Positions 1-8,609 of a stretch of DNA of 32,000 nucleotides are shown piece after piece. Under the pieces are notes generated by a model. That model was not told the DNA's origin. It saw only the letters and a list, made by a program, of their open reading frames with translations, and did no database searches. The translations under genes and the position numbers were made by a program. Origin of the DNA: Trichodesmium erythraeum IMS101 (GTDB lineage Bacteria; Cyanobacteriota; Cyanobacteriia; Cyanobacteriales; Microcoleaceae); NCBI RefSeq assembly GCF_000014265.1, contig NC_008312.1, forward strand, positions 3,810,001 through 3,842,000. Reading direction: 5' to 3'. Within the stretch, counting starts at the first letter, position 1, and the number at the start of each line of letters is the position of its first letter.

Positions 1-340
1 AACTTAAAACAGTATAAGCCATTCTCCGACCTGCCCAACTTACCTTTCCTGGTAAAGGCGGCTCAATTTGTAAATGTTTCTCAACACTAGCATGGTTCAT
101 AGGCCGATTAAAATTTAGTATAAAAGCCGTATCTTCAAAACCTATCTTTTGATCTTGCCAACTAAAATCTCTAACTTTTGGAGCTATATTTCCTCCTACT
201 ACAAGTACCAGGCAAATTAACAAGGTTATACAAATAATTAAACTAATAGCAACTCGGTCAAGAGGTTCTCGTAATTCCTCTAAAATAATAGTTTGAGCTT
301 CGCGAAATAGGTAGTTGATTTTTTTTCTTAAATTCACCAT
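1..340 (-). CDS. Hypothetical membrane-anchored protein, N-terminal 113 codons (ORF continues past the left edge of the window)
   Basis: My own reverse-complement translation from the ATG at 340-338 is open to position 1: MVNLRKKINYLFREAQTIILEELREPLDRVAISLIICITLLICLVLVVGGNIAPKVRDFSWQDQKIGFEDTAFILNFNRPMNHASVEKHLQIEPPLPGKVSWAGRRMAYTVLS. It has one hydrophobic helix followed by a segment resembling bacterial Ig-like (SbsA/Big_5-type) domains. It is missing from the ORF track because it is truncated by the window edge. Confidence 0.45.
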   Translation of the reverse strand, partial: MVNLRKKINYLFREAQTIILEELREPLDRVAISLIICITLLICLVLVVGGNIAPKVRDFSWQDQKIGFEDTAFILNFNRPMNHASVEKHLQIEPPLPGKVSWAGRRMAYTVLS

Positions 341-877
341 TAGTTTTACCCTTGTATTTCACAAAAAAATATCCTATTTTTATTGGGAAAATCCTATTTA
401 TTATGTTGAACAAAAAAATACATTAAAAAAAATAAAAACAACCATGATCATAGAATATCATAATTGTTTTGTCAATTTTAGGAAATAACCTTTCTCGGGA
501 ATTTTTTTGACCAGTAGGTGTAGGCATAAATAAATCAGAACTTACCCAAATATGTGAAATTATACACCATTTGTAGAAGTAGCTTTACTATATAATAGTA
601 AATAAGTAAGTCCTGTAAACATTAAAACAAAAAATATCAAAAAGAAGCCAAAAGTTACCTTTCAAACACTTGGTTTTTATAATTTTTTTAGGCTTCGATA
701 GTATTTAGAGTAAACTTTTGCACTTCCCTTTTCAGGAAAATGCAAAATAGTTTAGATAAAGTTCAATAGCTTTGTGATTCTTTCCATCCCTCCTTATAAG
801 CTCCTTAGCTTTTATAAAATAGTGACTCAATAAAAATCAAACCCCGAAAAATTAGGATTAATTTCTATTGCTTGACT

Positions 878-919
878 TAACAATAAAATGTAGGGAAATT
901 TATAAAATATTCCTACATT
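878..919 (-). terminator. Candidate intrinsic terminator after ugd
   Basis: 8-bp inverted repeat aatgtagg (887-894) / cctacatt (912-919), about 38 nt downstream of the ugd stop. On the minus strand it is followed by ttttattg. The stem is AT-rich, so the call is weak. Confidence 0.3.
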
Positions 920-956
920 ATAGCATGACAAAAATTCTCAAGTTTCAACCACAAAA

Positions 957-2324
957 TTAATGCCCAATTCCCACATACTGAAAACCAGCAGCTTCCAACT
1001 GTTTACGATCGCAGAAATTCCGACCATCAACAAACAAATTATGCTCCATCGACTTCACCATCTTCCCATAGTCTAACTTTTGAAACTGTGCCCAGTCCGT
1101 CACCAAAACCAAAGCATCACAAGTATCAGCAAGCCTTTCTGAGTCAGTCTCCACAAGTACACCTGTTAAACCATCACGTATACCAGACTGAGAAATAATT
1201 GGATCATAAGCCTTCACCTTTGCCCCCAACCTATTCAACTCTTGAATCAAATCTAGAGAAGGTGCATCCCGCATATCATCAGTATCAGGTTTAAAAGTCA
1301 AACCCAATAACCCAATAGTCTTACCCTTGAGAATTTTCAAATACTGCTGTAACTTATCCACCACTATCATCCGTTGACGCCTGTTCACCTCAACTGCTGC
1401 TTTCAACAAATGTGCTTCACAACCATAGTCATCAGCAGTATGAACCAAAGCAGAGATATCTTTCGGGAAACAGGAACCACCCCAACCAAGACCAGCCTGT
1501 AAAAACTTATTACCAATACGAGAATCTAATCCGATACCCTTAGCAACCTGAGTCACATCTGCACCTACGCGATCGCATATATTAGCAATCTCATTCACAA
1601 AACTAATCTTAGTTGCCAAAAAAGAATTAGCAGCATACTTAATCATTTCTGCAGAGCTCAAATCTGTAATTACCACTGGCACTGGTGGCAGAGACTGTTC
1701 ATCACCATACTTGCGTGTTACTAAAGGCCTATAAAGTTCCTGCATCATATCTAATGCCTTTTGACTATTACTTCCCAACACAATTCTATCTGGGTTAAAA
1801 GTATCAAAGATAGCCGAACCTTCACGCAAAAACTCTGGGTTACTAACTACATCAAACTCTACTTCAATCTCTGTACGAGTTCCCCCTTCTTCTTTTTTAT
1901 GTTCCTCAACACCATCCAAAACAATTCTCCGTACCCAGTCACCAGATCCAATAGGTACAGTTGATTTATTAACAATTACTTTGTAACCTTTAATCATATG
2001 AGCACCTATACCCTTTGCTACTGCCTCCACATAACGAGTATCACTTTCTCCTGTCGGCAGTGGAGGAGTACCAACAGCGATAAATAAAATATCACCATGC
2101 TCGACCCCCACTTTCAAGTCAGATGTAAACTCTAGCAAACCAGTTTTAGTACTACTTTGCATCAACTCAGACAGTCCTGGTTCGTATATTGGAGACTGTC
2201 CTGATTTTAACAACTTAACTTTTTCTTCATTGTTGTCTATGCAAATTACATGGTGTCCTATATAAGACAAACAAACTCCCGTCACTAAACCAACGTAACC
2301 AGTACCAATAACACAAACACGCAT
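957..2324 (-). CDS. ugd: UDP-glucose 6-dehydrogenase
   Basis: N-terminal Rossmann motif MRVCVIGTGYVGLVTG, the catalytic-Cys motif GWGGSCFPKD, and full-length similarity to the UDP-glucose/GDP-mannose dehydrogenase family. Start moved to the internal ATG at 2324 (Met17 of the track ORF). That start gives the canonical N-terminus and is preceded by GAGGA about 8 nt upstream. Confidence 0.93.
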   Translation of the reverse strand: MRVCVIGTGYVGLVTGVCLSYIGHHVICIDNNEEKVKLLKSGQSPIYEPGLSELMQSSTKTGLLEFTSDLKVGVEHGDILFIAVGTPPLPTGESDTRYVEAVAKGIGAHMIKGYKVIVNKSTVPIGSGDWVRRIVLDGVEEHKKEEGGTRTEIEVEFDVVSNPEFLREGSAIFDTFNPDRIVLGSNSQKALDMMQELYRPLVTRKYGDEQSLPPVPVVITDLSSAEMIKYAANSFLATKISFVNEIANICDRVGADVTQVAKGIGLDSRIGNKFLQAGLGWGGSCFPKDISALVHTADDYGCEAHLLKAAVEVNRRQRMIVVDKLQQYLKILKGKTIGLLGLTFKPDTDDMRDAPSLDLIQELNRLGAKVKAYDPIISQSGIRDGLTGVLVETDSERLADTCDALVLVTDWAQFQKLDYGKMVKSMEHNLFVDGRNFCDRKQLEAAGFQYVGIGH

Positions 2325-2517
2325 ATTTATATCCTCTAAAATTTTAACAACAGAAAGAAAAAATATTTTCATAAAGATTAAACTGTAATATTCTTTCTTG
2401 TTTATTGAGATCTAACTTAATTTTGCCAACTAGTAGCACAAAAAAGATAACTGAAAATTACTACAGGTAACACTAGATTTAAGCTAACAGTTACAAACTC
2501 CTCACACTCTTATCCTT

Positions 2518-5500
2518 TTAGTTTTTTGGCAATTCATTTTTGAGTCGCTCTCGAAAATCTTCTATAGTCAATTTTAACCCTTCTTCAAGAAAAACAGTTG
2601 GCTCCCAACCCAAATATTTTTTCCCACGAGTAATATCTGGTTGTCGTTGTTTTGGATCATCTTGTGGTAGAGGTTTATATATTATCTCTGTACCTGGGTT
2701 AACCATTGTTTGAATTTTCTGAGCTAATTCTAATATTGTATATTCTCTTGGGTTTCCCAAGTTAACTGGCCCGATAAAATCCTGATTCATTAACCGAATA
2801 AACCCTTCTATCAAATCTGAAACATAACAAAAACTTCTGGTTTGGGAGCCATCACCATAGACTGTTAGAGGTATCCCTTTTAAGGCTTGTACAATAAAAT
2901 TGCTAACAACTCGACCATCATTTTCTAACATTCTAGGTCCATAAGTATTGTGAGCAAAAACATTGTAGCTTCCCCCTATAAAGTTCTCATAATTTGGCAC
3001 GGAGAAATCATACACATAATCATCTATTTCAAACTCCTCAATACTTTCTATTTTTCCCCAAGCAATATCACCTGTAGTTAGAGCTGATATTTTCTGCTCA
3101 ACCTTAGACAAATTATGAATATTTTTATCTTCTAATCCCTCTATTATTATTCGATAAATTTTGGCAATATCTTCCTCATTTACCTCTATTTCTGACACAT
3201 CTGCTACCAACCCAAATTTAGATAAAATCAATACTAATTTTTCAGCAACTAACTGACTATCAGTTTTAAATTCGAGATAGAAATTTAGTTGATTTTCTAG
3301 GTTATTCCCAGCAACGAATCCCTTCAAAAATCTAATTAATTGTTGTTCAGGTAGTTGTAAAATCCAATTAGGAATATCTTTTTCTTGATTCCCAAAATTT
3401 AATCCATATCCGATTAAATCAACCAGAATTTTAGACTTAATACTTATATATCCTGAATCATTAATTTCCGACTTATATTCAAAGATTCTTTCTATTAATT
3501 CTATAACTTTTTCTAGTTGACTAGGTTCCCCTTTCAACACAACTTCATTTTTGATCAAACTTCCCCGAGCTACATAAAAGCCTAAGAACCATAATAATTC
3601 TTCTACATTGTCTATCCAATTTTTAATTGCCTTTTTAGATAAATAGCAAACTTTATCTTTTTCCGATAGAGGAAGTTCTAAATATTTCCATAGATGCCAA
3701 GGAATTTGATTTTTTGCTTCATAAGTTTTCAATATCGAATAAAATTGACTAGGGCTTAAACTTTTTGCCAATAAATACTCCCTCATCTTATCTCCATACT
3801 TTTCAATATAAGAGATTGTATCTTCACTTTCTACATATATTTCTTCTTGAATTAATATTTTATCTGTAATGTGGAATGGCTCTAAAGGCTGTTCCAAAAA
3901 ACTGATATAACTAGGAATTCCTATTTCATCTCCTACCTTTATCTCATTTCCGAAAACTGCTTGAGGTTTATTATTTTCATTTCTCGTAAATAGACTATGA
4001 TCTTCTGTGATTTTTATTTGTTTACCCCAAGTAATTTTTATCTTAAAACCCTTCTTCTTGACATGATGTTTCCAAATTGCAGAAATTGGTTTAATTACCG
4101 TTTGATAATTTTCATCAAAACAAGGCACTGATACACTTGATATATCCCCATTAATTCTATCATAGCATTCTGCAAAAGTTTCATAATACAGTTTTTTAGC
4201 AATATAATAAAGTACCTTTTGATCTCCAGTCAAACTATTAAAAATTCTAGCCACTCTAATATCAACATTATTTTGGCGATGGTAATCAAAAGCTAAAGTT
4301 TCTGCTACTCGCTTCCCCTCATCGTAACATTGACCGCACCAAGCAGCACGCCCATTTCGTCTTACAAAAACCACATGGTTTGTGACATTAACACAATAAA
4401 CTTTTCCTACATAATGGAACCTTTCTGGCACAACTAAATTTGCATCCTCAGCAGGTCGAATATTAACTTGATAAAGGTCACGCCCCACTGCATGAGAAAC
4501 TACTGTAGCCGCATAACCACAACGAAGTGCTAACTCTTGTATATCATCAGCTAATCGCTTAGATTTACTATAATAAGTGTAATGATTTTTTTGTTCTGAA
4601 TTATCACCCATTATCAGTGCTTTAAATAGAATTAATAACTGTCGTTTTGATAGTTTCAATAATTCGCGAGGAATATATTTTTCACCAGACTTACCTAAAG
4701 GTAATAACATCTCAGCTAGCTGTTTACTACAAACCCGAAATTGATGTTTATCTGAATCAAATAAAATTTCACTAAAATTAAATCCTAAACGGCGTAAACA
4801 ACTAGCTATTTTCAAAGCTAATTCAGAGTTTTCTTGACCAATTAATATATTATAGTCTGCTACATAAGCATCATTTCCCCCTACTACTCGCAAGCTTTTT
4901 TTTACATCAACTCTACCTTCAGAAATGTAATAACCTAAAAATTCTAGCCAGTCATCCATAAAGATTTTTTCTACTTTTCTATGAGAATTTATAGGGCTTT
5001 TTCTTAATTCCAACCATTCTTCTTTTTCTCCCTCAAAATCTCCTCCAGTTAACACCTCTAAACTCTGCCAAAGTTTAGCTTCATCTGCCCTAATAAACTC
5101 TAAATTACCAGTTTTATTACGCACATACATCCAGTGATTAGGAGTCACACAAAAATCAAAGTTAGTATTAGCAAAACGGTACATTTCTCCAATATATGAT
5201 TGTACAATATACTCCTCAGGAATATGATATTCAACTTTACCTTCTGAGTTTAATGTTGCTACTTTAACTTCTGATTGTAGATTTGGAAAAGCTACCCAAC
5301 CTGCTTCAGTCAAAATTTCAGTTTTAGAATCAAAACAGGAGCGAATTCCAATACAATTAACATTACCTCTATACTCTTCTGTTTGAGGATGTACATCTGG
5401 GTCGCCATATACTTCAGATGTAGAAGCCAAAAAGAATTTTGCTTTTACTCTTTTGGCTAAACCTAACATATTTAATGTCCCCATTACATTTGTTTTAATT

Positions 5501-5769
5501 GTCTTGACGGGGTTGTACTGATAATGTATTGGACTAGCAGGACAAGCTAGATGATAAATTTGATCTACTTCTAACCTAATGGGTTCTGTAATATCGTGGC
5601 GAATTAACTCAAAGCTAGGATTATTTAACCAATTATAAATATTATGTTTATTGCCAGTGTAAAAATTATCAAGGCACAGGACTTCATGGCCTTGTTCTAT
5701 TAATCTATCAATAAGATGAGAGCCCAGAAAACCTGCGCCACCTGTTACTAATATTCTCATAATTTCCAC
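2518..5769 (-). CDS. UDP-glucuronate decarboxylase / NAD-dependent sugar-nucleotide epimerase-dehydratase (UXS-like) precursor carrying two inteins
   Basis: The extein segments aa 1-144, 481-511 and 942-1083 join to about 317 aa with SDR/UXS hallmarks: [24 protein letters not shown] (the YxxxK catalytic motif), RIFN|TYGPRM and GDGSQTRSF. The remaining 766 aa are two intein insertions. Met4 ([11 protein letters not shown]) is an alternative start. Confidence 0.92.
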   Translation of the reverse strand: MEIMRILVTGGAGFLGSHLIDRLIEQGHEVLCLDNFYTGNKHNIYNWLNNPSFELIRHDITEPIRLEVDQIYHLACPASPIHYQYNPVKTIKTNVMGTLNMLGLAKRVKAKFFLASTSEVYGDPDVHPQTEEYRGNVNCIGIRSCFDSKTEILTEAGWVAFPNLQSEVKVATLNSEGKVEYHIPEEYIVQSYIGEMYRFANTNFDFCVTPNHWMYVRNKTGNLEFIRADEAKLWQSLEVLTGGDFEGEKEEWLELRKSPINSHRKVEKIFMDDWLEFLGYYISEGRVDVKKSLRVVGGNDAYVADYNILIGQENSELALKIASCLRRLGFNFSEILFDSDKHQFRVCSKQLAEMLLPLGKSGEKYIPRELLKLSKRQLLILFKALIMGDNSEQKNHYTYYSKSKRLADDIQELALRCGYAATVVSHAVGRDLYQVNIRPAEDANLVVPERFHYVGKVYCVNVTNHVVFVRRNGRAAWCGQCYDEGKRVAETLAFDYHRQNNVDIRVARIFNSLTGDQKVLYYIAKKLYYETFAECYDRINGDISSVSVPCFDENYQTVIKPISAIWKHHVKKKGFKIKITWGKQIKITEDHSLFTRNENNKPQAVFGNEIKVGDEIGIPSYISFLEQPLEPFHITDKILIQEEIYVESEDTISYIEKYGDKMREYLLAKSLSPSQFYSILKTYEAKNQIPWHLWKYLELPLSEKDKVCYLSKKAIKNWIDNVEELLWFLGFYVARGSLIKNEVVLKGEPSQLEKVIELIERIFEYKSEINDSGYISIKSKILVDLIGYGLNFGNQEKDIPNWILQLPEQQLIRFLKGFVAGNNLENQLNFYLEFKTDSQLVAEKLVLILSKFGLVADVSEIEVNEEDIAKIYRIIIEGLEDKNIHNLSKVEQKISALTTGDIAWGKIESIEEFEIDDYVYDFSVPNYENFIGGSYNVFAHNTYGPRMLENDGRVVSNFIVQALKGIPLTVYGDGSQTRSFCYVSDLIEGFIRLMNQDFIGPVNLGNPREYTILELAQKIQTMVNPGTEIIYKPLPQDDPKQRQPDITRGKKYLGWEPTVFLEEGLKLTIEDFRERLKNELPKN
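2947..4236 (-). mobile_element. Intein 2 (430 aa, precursor aa 512-941) with a degenerate LAGLIDADG domain
   Basis: Starts with Ser ([10 protein letters not shown]). Block B is [18 protein letters not shown]-like motifs are [14 protein letters not shown] and [14 protein letters not shown]. Block F/G is [24 protein letters not shown], followed by the +1 Thr of TYGPRM. Codons checked in DNA: Ser512 at 4234-4236, Asn941 at 2947-2949, Thr942 at 2944-2946. Confidence 0.9.
4330..5337 (-). mobile_element. Intein 1 (336 aa, precursor aa 145-480) with a LAGLIDADG homing-endonuclease domain
   Basis: Starts with Cys ([14 protein letters not shown], block A). Block B is [18 protein letters not shown]-like motifs are [14 protein letters not shown] and [14 protein letters not shown]. 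Block F/G is [24 protein letters not shown], followed by the +1 Cys of CYDEGKR. Codons checked in DNA: Cys145 at 5335-5337, Gln480 at 4330-4332, Cys481 at 4327-4329. Confidence 0.88.
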
Positions 5770-5956
5770 TATTAAAAAATGTAATTTGTTATGGTTTTTA
5801 ATGGGTGATTAAATAACCATACTAAATTTAATTATACACCAACAAGTACAGCTTCAAAATATAATTCAAAAGATAATTCAAAAGTATTAGATAAACTTAT
5901 CAAAAACCTTTTATATTTATTGCTTATAGTTTAGTCATAAATTGTATTATCTCTTT

Positions 5957-6002
5957 GAGGATTATCTACTTTTCTCATGGAGGATTATCTACTTTTCCCA
6001 TG
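5957..6002. repeat. 23-bp tandem duplication (2 units, 1 mismatch)
   Basis: gaggattatctacttttctcatg (5957-5979) is followed directly by gaggattatctacttttcccatg (5980-6002), in the ORF-free spacer upstream of the UXS-like gene. Confidence 0.9.
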
Positions 6003-6900
6003 ATAGTTTTTCAACCAATTCTAGTTTCACCTGAACACCAAAATCTAATTCTATTATCATGTTTACCCTAGCCGTTCAATTTTTCAATTACTTTTTCATC
6101 CTTTCTGGCATTTTTTAGACTCCTAAACCCCTCTTCAATTTTGCTTCCTACTTACCAGACACCATAATTTTAATTTACCTTTTAAATTGTAATAGACATA
6201 CCTATGCACCTTTGAATATCCTATATGCTTTAACCATATTTGTAATTCATTATAACTATTGAAGTCTTCTACTTATCTCGTTAGTCTCTGAGTTTTTTTT
6301 CCTCTGGAGAATATTTTTTTAGGTCAACTAACAATTTTTTTCTTGTTTAATAAACCTTCAACAGCAAGCTTTCACAACTTTAGCAAACCATAATGATATA
6401 GCTATAGGATGACATCCCAATAAAATTGATATATATTTAATAGTATCCCCTGCTCCTATTTTTAGCCTATTAACATACCTCTGCTTTTGGCTTCAGTTGG
6501 AATTGCTATCTGTTGAGATAACTTTTATCTCAGTTATTTACCTCATTCAAGAATATCTAGTTTAACAAGACAGACCATAACTATACTATCTACTGTTTTG
6601 ACATCAGTTTAAATATAACATTCTTTTTCCTAAATTCTATAAGGTTATTTATTAAAAAACTTACCATTAAATGGGTAAGCAAAATAAATTACACACTTTA
6701 AAAGCTCAAATCCAACCCTTGCATAAAAATTCTTTGTGCTAATATTTTTTTCTAACTACCTACCAGTTATCTGATAATTACCTCTATTATAGAAGAGTGG
6801 ATAATTTTTTTATCCACACATCATCTAGAAAAATTATCAGAGTCTCAAAAAAAAATACTTAGAGAAACGCCAGCAATATTTTGTAGAAGAACTAAAAACC

Positions 6901-7908
6901 ATGGCAAATATTACAGAACTCCAAGCAAATCTCTTAAAAATGCAGCAACTACTAAACGCTGCCGACAATGAAACTAAAAAGAAAACTTTTCAAGATATTG
7001 TTAATAATTTATCTCAACAATTAGAAAACGAAAAATCTAAATTAAACCCTCTTACAGCAGAGGAATTAAAAGTTAATCAGCCTCCCAAAAGAAAGATAAT
7101 TAAACAATCAACTCAGCAGGCACAAACTTCAACTCAAAAACCTCAAGAATTACATCCGAAATATAAATCTAAAATTGAACTTAAATCAGAAGTTAAACTA
7201 GAAGAAAAATCAGAAAACCAAGAATATGAAAGTTTATTACCAAAGCAGGATTATCTTTTTCAAGGTTTAGGAGTTCTATACGGTAAAATAATTCAAAGAT
7301 ATGAGAACAATGATAATTATTACAACGTAATTATCAACGATAAAACCTATGAATTAATTATTGTTTATCCTAGAGTTAGAGACTTTATTAAAAAACATTA
7401 TAGCCCTGAAAAAGACAGATACTTAACTGTTTATCCCAACCTGGTACATTATCCACAAACTAGAGAAAAAAATAAGCCTCCTAAAATAAGTTTTACTATT
7501 ATTGCTGCAAATGACTCACCATACTTAGAGTTGGAGCCCAATGAATTTAAATTATTTGGACTATGGCAATTTATAGCTGTGTCCAAATGTCCTGTAATGA
7601 GTATTCATAGAAATCGGGAAAAAGATGGAAACGATCGCGTATGGCCTCTCAAAACAAAATTCAAGGATAATAATAAGTTACACAAAAATCTAACTAGAGC
7701 TAATCATGTTCCTTTATTATGGAAAAATGCACCTGTTAAGCCTTTTAGGTTTAACCCTAGACTTGATAAGGATCAACAAGGCGATCGCTATTTCTGCCAA
7801 GTGAAAGCTAAATTTCTTGCTGATCGAAGTGTTTGGGGTTTCCACGAGTTACTTGCAGAACCTACTCTCGATATTCCCAAGTTCTATAAGCCTATAAAAG
7901 TAGTTTGA
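6901..7908 (+). CDS. Hypothetical protein: low-complexity or coiled-coil K/E/Q-rich N-terminal third plus a C-terminal globular domain
   Basis: Intact 335-aa ORF flanked by long ORF-free DNA. The C-terminal roughly 220 aa has ordinary globular composition (e.g. FKLFGLWQFIAVSKCPVMSIHRN, HVPLLWKNAPVKPFRFNPR). One HIP1 site and one near-HIP1 site (7633) lie inside it. I do not recognise a family. Confidence 0.6.
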   Translation: MANITELQANLLKMQQLLNAADNETKKKTFQDIVNNLSQQLENEKSKLNPLTAEELKVNQPPKRKIIKQSTQQAQTSTQKPQELHPKYKSKIELKSEVKLEEKSENQEYESLLPKQDYLFQGLGVLYGKIIQRYENNDNYYNVIINDKTYELIIVYPRVRDFIKKHYSPEKDRYLTVYPNLVHYPQTREKNKPPKISFTIIAANDSPYLELEPNEFKLFGLWQFIAVSKCPVMSIHRNREKDGNDRVWPLKTKFKDNNKLHKNLTRANHVPLLWKNAPVKPFRFNPRLDKDQQGDRYFCQVKAKFLADRSVWGFHELLAEPTLDIPKFYKPIKVV

Positions 7909-7981
7909 ACTACCCAAAGTTGACCTAAAAATTTGGTCAATAGCTCACCTTTTCAAGGCTCGATAAAAAAAAATAAACTTT

Positions 7982-8016
7982 AGTACTTCAAGGCTCTCAC
8001 TTGAGCCAGAAGTACT
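7982..8016 (+). terminator. Imperfect hairpin downstream of the 6901-7908 ORF
   Basis: agtacttc (7982-7989) pairs with gaagtact (8009-8016). An inner ggctc/gagcc pairing follows, with one bulge. There is no clear U-tract, so the call is weak. Confidence 0.25.
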
Positions 8017-8124
8017 TCTAACTAATATACCTATGCTCAACAAGCAGGTAGCCACAGAAGTTGCTTTTTAATTTCAATTTTGTCAAATAACCCCAAGCTT
8101 CTCTAGATAGTTTATTTCTTTTTC

Positions 8125-8164
8125 GCGATCGCTTATTTTCTACTACCATAAGCGATCGCTTTTG
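8125..8164 (+). terminator. Hairpin built from two inverted HIP1 copies, followed by a T-run
   Basis: gcgatcgcttat (8125-8136) and ataagcgatcgc (8148-8159) form a perfect 12-bp inverted repeat with an 11-nt loop, followed by tttt (8160-8163). Confidence 0.35.
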
Positions 8165-8166
8165 AA

Positions 8167-8301
8167 TTTCATTTTCTGAAGCTCAAAAAAAACTGCGGCA
8201 TTTTCCCTTGCATTCACACAAAAATTTTGATATCATATAATTAGAGTGGAGTAACTCGGGCATTTGCATGATTTTTTCTTCAACCCACTTTTCAGCAACT
8301 T
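8167..8301. repeat. 135-bp direct repeat, copy 1
   Basis: Matches 8475-8609 with one substitution seen (ctgcggca vs ctgcagca). The two copies are separated by 173 bp. Confidence 0.9.
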
Positions 8302-8474
8302 AAGAAAATCAAAACATTCAGGAATATGTTCCCGTGGATAATTCATAGTTCATAATTCATCCCCAGAAGTTTAGAGTCTGTTTACCAATAAATCATTGAT
8401 AACTTCTCATTAGAGATAGTTTTGATTAAACTTTTCCATCTATAAACTCCCTACTGCTGGAAAATCACCAACAT

Positions 8475-8609
8475 TTTCATTTTCTGAAGCTCAAAAAAAA
8501 CTGCAGCATTTTCCCTTGCATTCACACAAAAATTTTGATATCATATAATTAGAGTGGAGTAACTCGGGCATTTGCATGATTTTTTCTTCAACCCACTTTT
8601 CAGCAACTT
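8475..8609. repeat. 135-bp direct repeat, copy 2 (forms the artificial 3' end of the CHAT reading frame)
   Basis: Same sequence as 8167-8301. CHAT-like coding similarity stops exactly at the repeat boundary, 8609/8610. Confidence 0.9.

Noticed and set aside
1761-1964. 67-aa plus-strand ORF inside ugd
   Set aside because: It is antisense to a strongly supported CDS and has no homology or start signals.
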